Assembly: GCF_936925435.1 (NCBI RefSeq)
Contig: NZ_CAKZHQ010000043.1
Span: forward strand, 8,859-72,858
DNA from: an uncultured Ramlibacter sp.
Lineage (GTDB): Bacteria; Pseudomonadota; Gammaproteobacteria; Burkholderiales; Burkholderiaceae_C
Length of the DNA: 64,000 nucleotides
Reading direction: 5' to 3'
Shown: positions 60,428-64,000 of the stretch, in pieces
How the letters are laid out: every line of letters starts with the position of its first letter
How positions within the stretch are numbered: the first letter of the stretch is position 1
The notes under the pieces: generated by a model
The model's database searches: none
What the model was told of the DNA's origin: nothing
Seen by the model: the letters and a program-made list of their open reading frames with translations, nothing else
Made by a program: the position numbers and the translations under genes

Positions 60428-60435
<8 letters not shown>
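59602..60435 (+). CDS. pilW: type IV pilus biogenesis/stability TPR lipoprotein PilW
   Basis: 277 aa. Lipobox LALAGC, TPR repeats. Sits in the conserved rlmN-pilW-rodZ-ispG position. Confidence 0.8.
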
Positions 60436-61419
<984 letters not shown>

Positions 61420-61420
<1 letters not shown>

Positions 61421-62700
61421 TGAGCGAACAACCCTGCCTGCCCATCGAGGCGGCGGCGCCCAAGGCCCGCCGTTCGCGCCAGGCGCGCACCGTCTGGGGC
61501 TCGCGCGTCGTCACCGTGGGCGGCGACGCGCCGGTGCGCGTGCAGTCGATGACCAACACCGACACGGTGGACGCCATCGGCACGGCCATCCAGGTCAAGG
61601 AGCTGGCCATCGCCGGTTCCGAGATGGTCCGCATCACGGTGAACACGCCGGAGGCGGCGGCGCAGGTGCCGTTCATCCGCGAGCAGCTCGATCGCATGGG
61701 CATCGACGTGCCCCTGATCGGCGACTTCCACTACAACGGCCACCGCCTGCTCACCGACTACCCGGACTGCGCGCAGGCCCTGTCCAAGTACCGCATCAAT
61801 CCCGGCAATGTGGGCAAGGGCGACAAGCACGACCGCCAGTTCGGCCAGATGATCGAGGCGGCGATGCGCTGGAACAAGTCAGTGCGCATCGGCGTCAACT
61901 GGGGCAGCCTGGACCAGGAACTGCTGGCCAGCCTGATGGACACCAACAGCGCCCGCGCCCAGCCCTGGGACGCCAAGGCCGTGATGTACGAGGCCCTGAT
62001 CACCTCGGCCATCGAGTCGGCCAAGCGGGCCGAAGGAATGGGCATGGACGGCAGCCAGATCATCCTGTCGTGCAAGGTCAGCGGCGTGCAGGACCTGGTC
62101 TCGGTCTACCGCGAACTGGCCAAACGCTGCGACTACGCGCTGCACCTGGGCCTGACCGAGGCCGGCATGGGCACCAAGGGCACGGTGGCCTCGGCAGTCG
62201 CCCTGGGCATCCTGCTGCAGGAGGGCATCGGCGACACCATCCGCGTCTCACTCACGCCCCAGCCGGGCGAGTCGCGCACGCAGGAGGTGGTGATCGCCTC
62301 CGAGATCCTGCAGTCACTGGGCCTGCGCAGCTTCGTGCCCAGCGTCACGGCCTGCCCGGGGTGCGGGCGCACCACCAGCACCACCTTCCAGGAACTGGCC
62401 AAGCAGATCGACGACTACCTGCGCGCCCAGATGCCGGTCTGGCGCAAGAAATATCCCGGCGTCGAGAAGATGAAGGTGGCCGTGATGGGCTGCATCGTCA
62501 ACGGCCCCGGCGAGAGCAAGCACGCCGACATCGGCATCAGCCTGCCGGGCACCGGCGAGGCGCCCGCCGCGCCGGTCTACATCGACGGCGAGAAGGCCTT
62601 GACACTGCGCGGCGAGAACATCGCCACCGAGTTCCACCAGCTCGTCGAAAACTACATTGAACAGCGTTTCGGTCGCCAGCAGGCCGCCGAAACCGCCTGA
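61420..62700 (+). CDS. ispG: 4-hydroxy-3-methylbut-2-en-1-yl diphosphate synthase (flavodoxin)
   Basis: 426 aa. [31 protein letters not shown]. Confidence 0.95.
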
Positions 62701-62714
62701 CCCCCCGGGACACC

Positions 62715-64000
62715 ATGGCCGAGAAACTCAATGCCGTCAAAGGCATGAACGACATCTTGCCGCCCTCCGTGCCGCGCACGGAGAAGCTGCCCGACTCCGC
62801 CTTGTGGCAATGGTTTGAAGAGACCGTGCGCAAGGTGCTGGCCAGCTACGGCTACCAGAACCTGCTCACGCCCATCGTCGAGCCCACGGCCCTGTTCGTG
62901 CGCGGCCTGGGCGAGGTGACCGACATCGTCGAGAAGGAGATGTACTCCTTCGTCGACAGCATGAACGGCGACAGGCTGACCCTGCGGCCCGAGGCCACGG
63001 CCGGCATCGTGCGCGCCGTGATCGAGCACAACGCGCTGTACAACGGGCCGCTGCGGGTCTGGACGGTCGGCCCGATGTTCCGCCACGAGCGTCCGCAAAA
63101 GGGCCGCTACCGGCAGTTCCACCAGCTGGACGTCGAGGCGCTGGGCCTGGCCGGCCCCGATGTGGATGCCGAGATGATCCTCATCGCCCGCGCCCTGTGG
63201 CGCGAGCTGGGCCTGATCGAAGGCCAGCATGTCCGTCTGGAACTCAACAGCCTGGGCCAGCCCCAGGAGCGCCGCGCCCACCGCGAGGCACTGGTGCGCC
63301 ATTTCGAGGCCCATGCCGCGCAGCTGGACGAGGAGGCCACACGCCGCCTGCACAGCAACCCGCTGCGCATCCTGGACAGCAAGAACCCGGCGATGCAGGC
63401 CTTGATCGAGCAGGCGCCCAAGCTGATGGACTTTCTGGGGACTGAGTCGCTGGCGCACTTCCAGTCGGTCTGTGCCGTGCTCGACGCCGTCGGTCTGGCC
63501 TACAGCGTCAACCCGCGCCTGGTGCGCGGCATGGACTACTACAACCTGACGGTGTTCGAGTGGGTCACGGACCAGCTCGGATCGCAGGGCACGGTCTGCG
63601 GCGGCGGCCGCTATGACGGCCTGATCGAGCAGTTGGGCGGCAAGAGCGCGCCGGCTGTTGGTTTTGGCCTGGGCATCGAGCGCCTGCTGCTGCTGGTCCA
63701 GGCCCTGCGCCTGCCGGTGCCCGACGCGGCGCCCGACGTTTACGCCATCGTGCCGCCGGGCACGCCGCTGGCGCCGGTGGCGGCCACGCTCGAAGCGCTG
63801 CGCGCCCAGGGCGTGCGGGTGCTGCAGCACGGCGCCGGTGCCGAGGGCCTGGGCAGCATGAAATCGCAGTTCAAGAAAGCCGACGGCAGCGGCGCCGCCT
63901 ATGCGCTGATCTTCGGCGCCGACGAACTGGCCGCCGGTGAAGTGACTGTCAAGTCGCTGCGCGACGGCAGCGGGGCGCAGCAGCGCCAGAGCCTGGCCGC
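62715..64000 (+). CDS. hisS: histidine--tRNA ligase (3' end cut by window edge)
   Basis: Not in the ORF track. My translation from the ATG at 62715: [18 protein letters not shown]...[13 protein letters not shown]...[21 protein letters not shown] (class II motifs). Confidence 0.9.
   Translation, partial: MAEKLNAVKGMNDILPPSVPRTEKLPDSALWQWFEETVRKVLASYGYQNLLTPIVEPTALFVRGLGEVTDIVEKEMYSFVDSMNGDRLTLRPEATAGIVRAVIEHNALYNGPLRVWTVGPMFRHERPQKGRYRQFHQLDVEALGLAGPDVDAEMILIARALWRELGLIEGQHVRLELNSLGQPQERRAHREALVRHFEAHAAQLDEEATRRLHSNPLRILDSKNPAMQALIEQAPKLMDFLGTESLAHFQSVCAVLDAVGLAYSVNPRLVRGMDYYNLTVFEWVTDQLGSQGTVCGGGRYDGLIEQLGGKSAPAVGFGLGIERLLLLVQALRLPVPDAAPDVYAIVPPGTPLAPVAATLEALRAQGVRVLQHGAGAEGLGSMKSQFKKADGSGAAYALIFGADELAAGEVTVKSLRDGSGAQQRQSLA

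Overview
This is a very GC-rich 64 kb chromosomal segment. Gene content and order fit a betaproteobacterium of the Burkholderiales/Comamonadaceae type (Bug/TctC binding protein, E3 with an N-terminal lipoyl domain, the ndk-rlmN-pilW-rodZ-ispG-hisS block); the taxon is an inference. I support about 58 protein genes, two of them cut by the window edges and absent from the ORF track, plus one tRNA-Val(CAC). I found no rRNA, CRISPR array, transposase, integrase, phage gene or recognisable defence system.

Most of the window is core metabolism and housekeeping:
- Pyruvate dehydrogenase: aceE-aceF-X-lpdA.
- 2-oxoglutarate dehydrogenase: sucA-sucB-lpd-zapE.
- Other housekeeping genes: dnaQ, pyrD, rpiA, prlC, folD, prpE, bamD/rluD, scpB-rluB, dinG-like.

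Many long ORFs in the track are antisense or out-of-frame artefacts of the GC content. Several real genes start well inside the listed ORFs, so I re-derived starts from overlaps (ATGA/TGATG coupling), RBS spacing and homology to known N-termini.

Three blocks look non-routine:
1. At 30978-35675, a periplasmic IorAB-type molybdenum hydroxylase sits 10 nt from a SoxX / SoxY-like / SoxZ / SoxA set on the same strand. The carrier ends in ...LAACIEGDP instead of GGCGG, and the window has no SoxB and no cytochrome c third subunit. This is my best candidate for an uncharacterised system.
2. At 27576-28166, a Thr-N-terminal proteasome/HslV-like ORF is translationally coupled between E2 and a lipoyl-bearing E3.
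3. At 1-10493, a tightly coupled GntR-led operon of 11 genes combines a Liv-type ABC importer, an orphan Bug binding protein, an aconitase-type dehydratase pair, a hydantoinase-type amidohydrolase and a flavoprotein.

All functional calls come from reading motifs by eye; I ran no database search.
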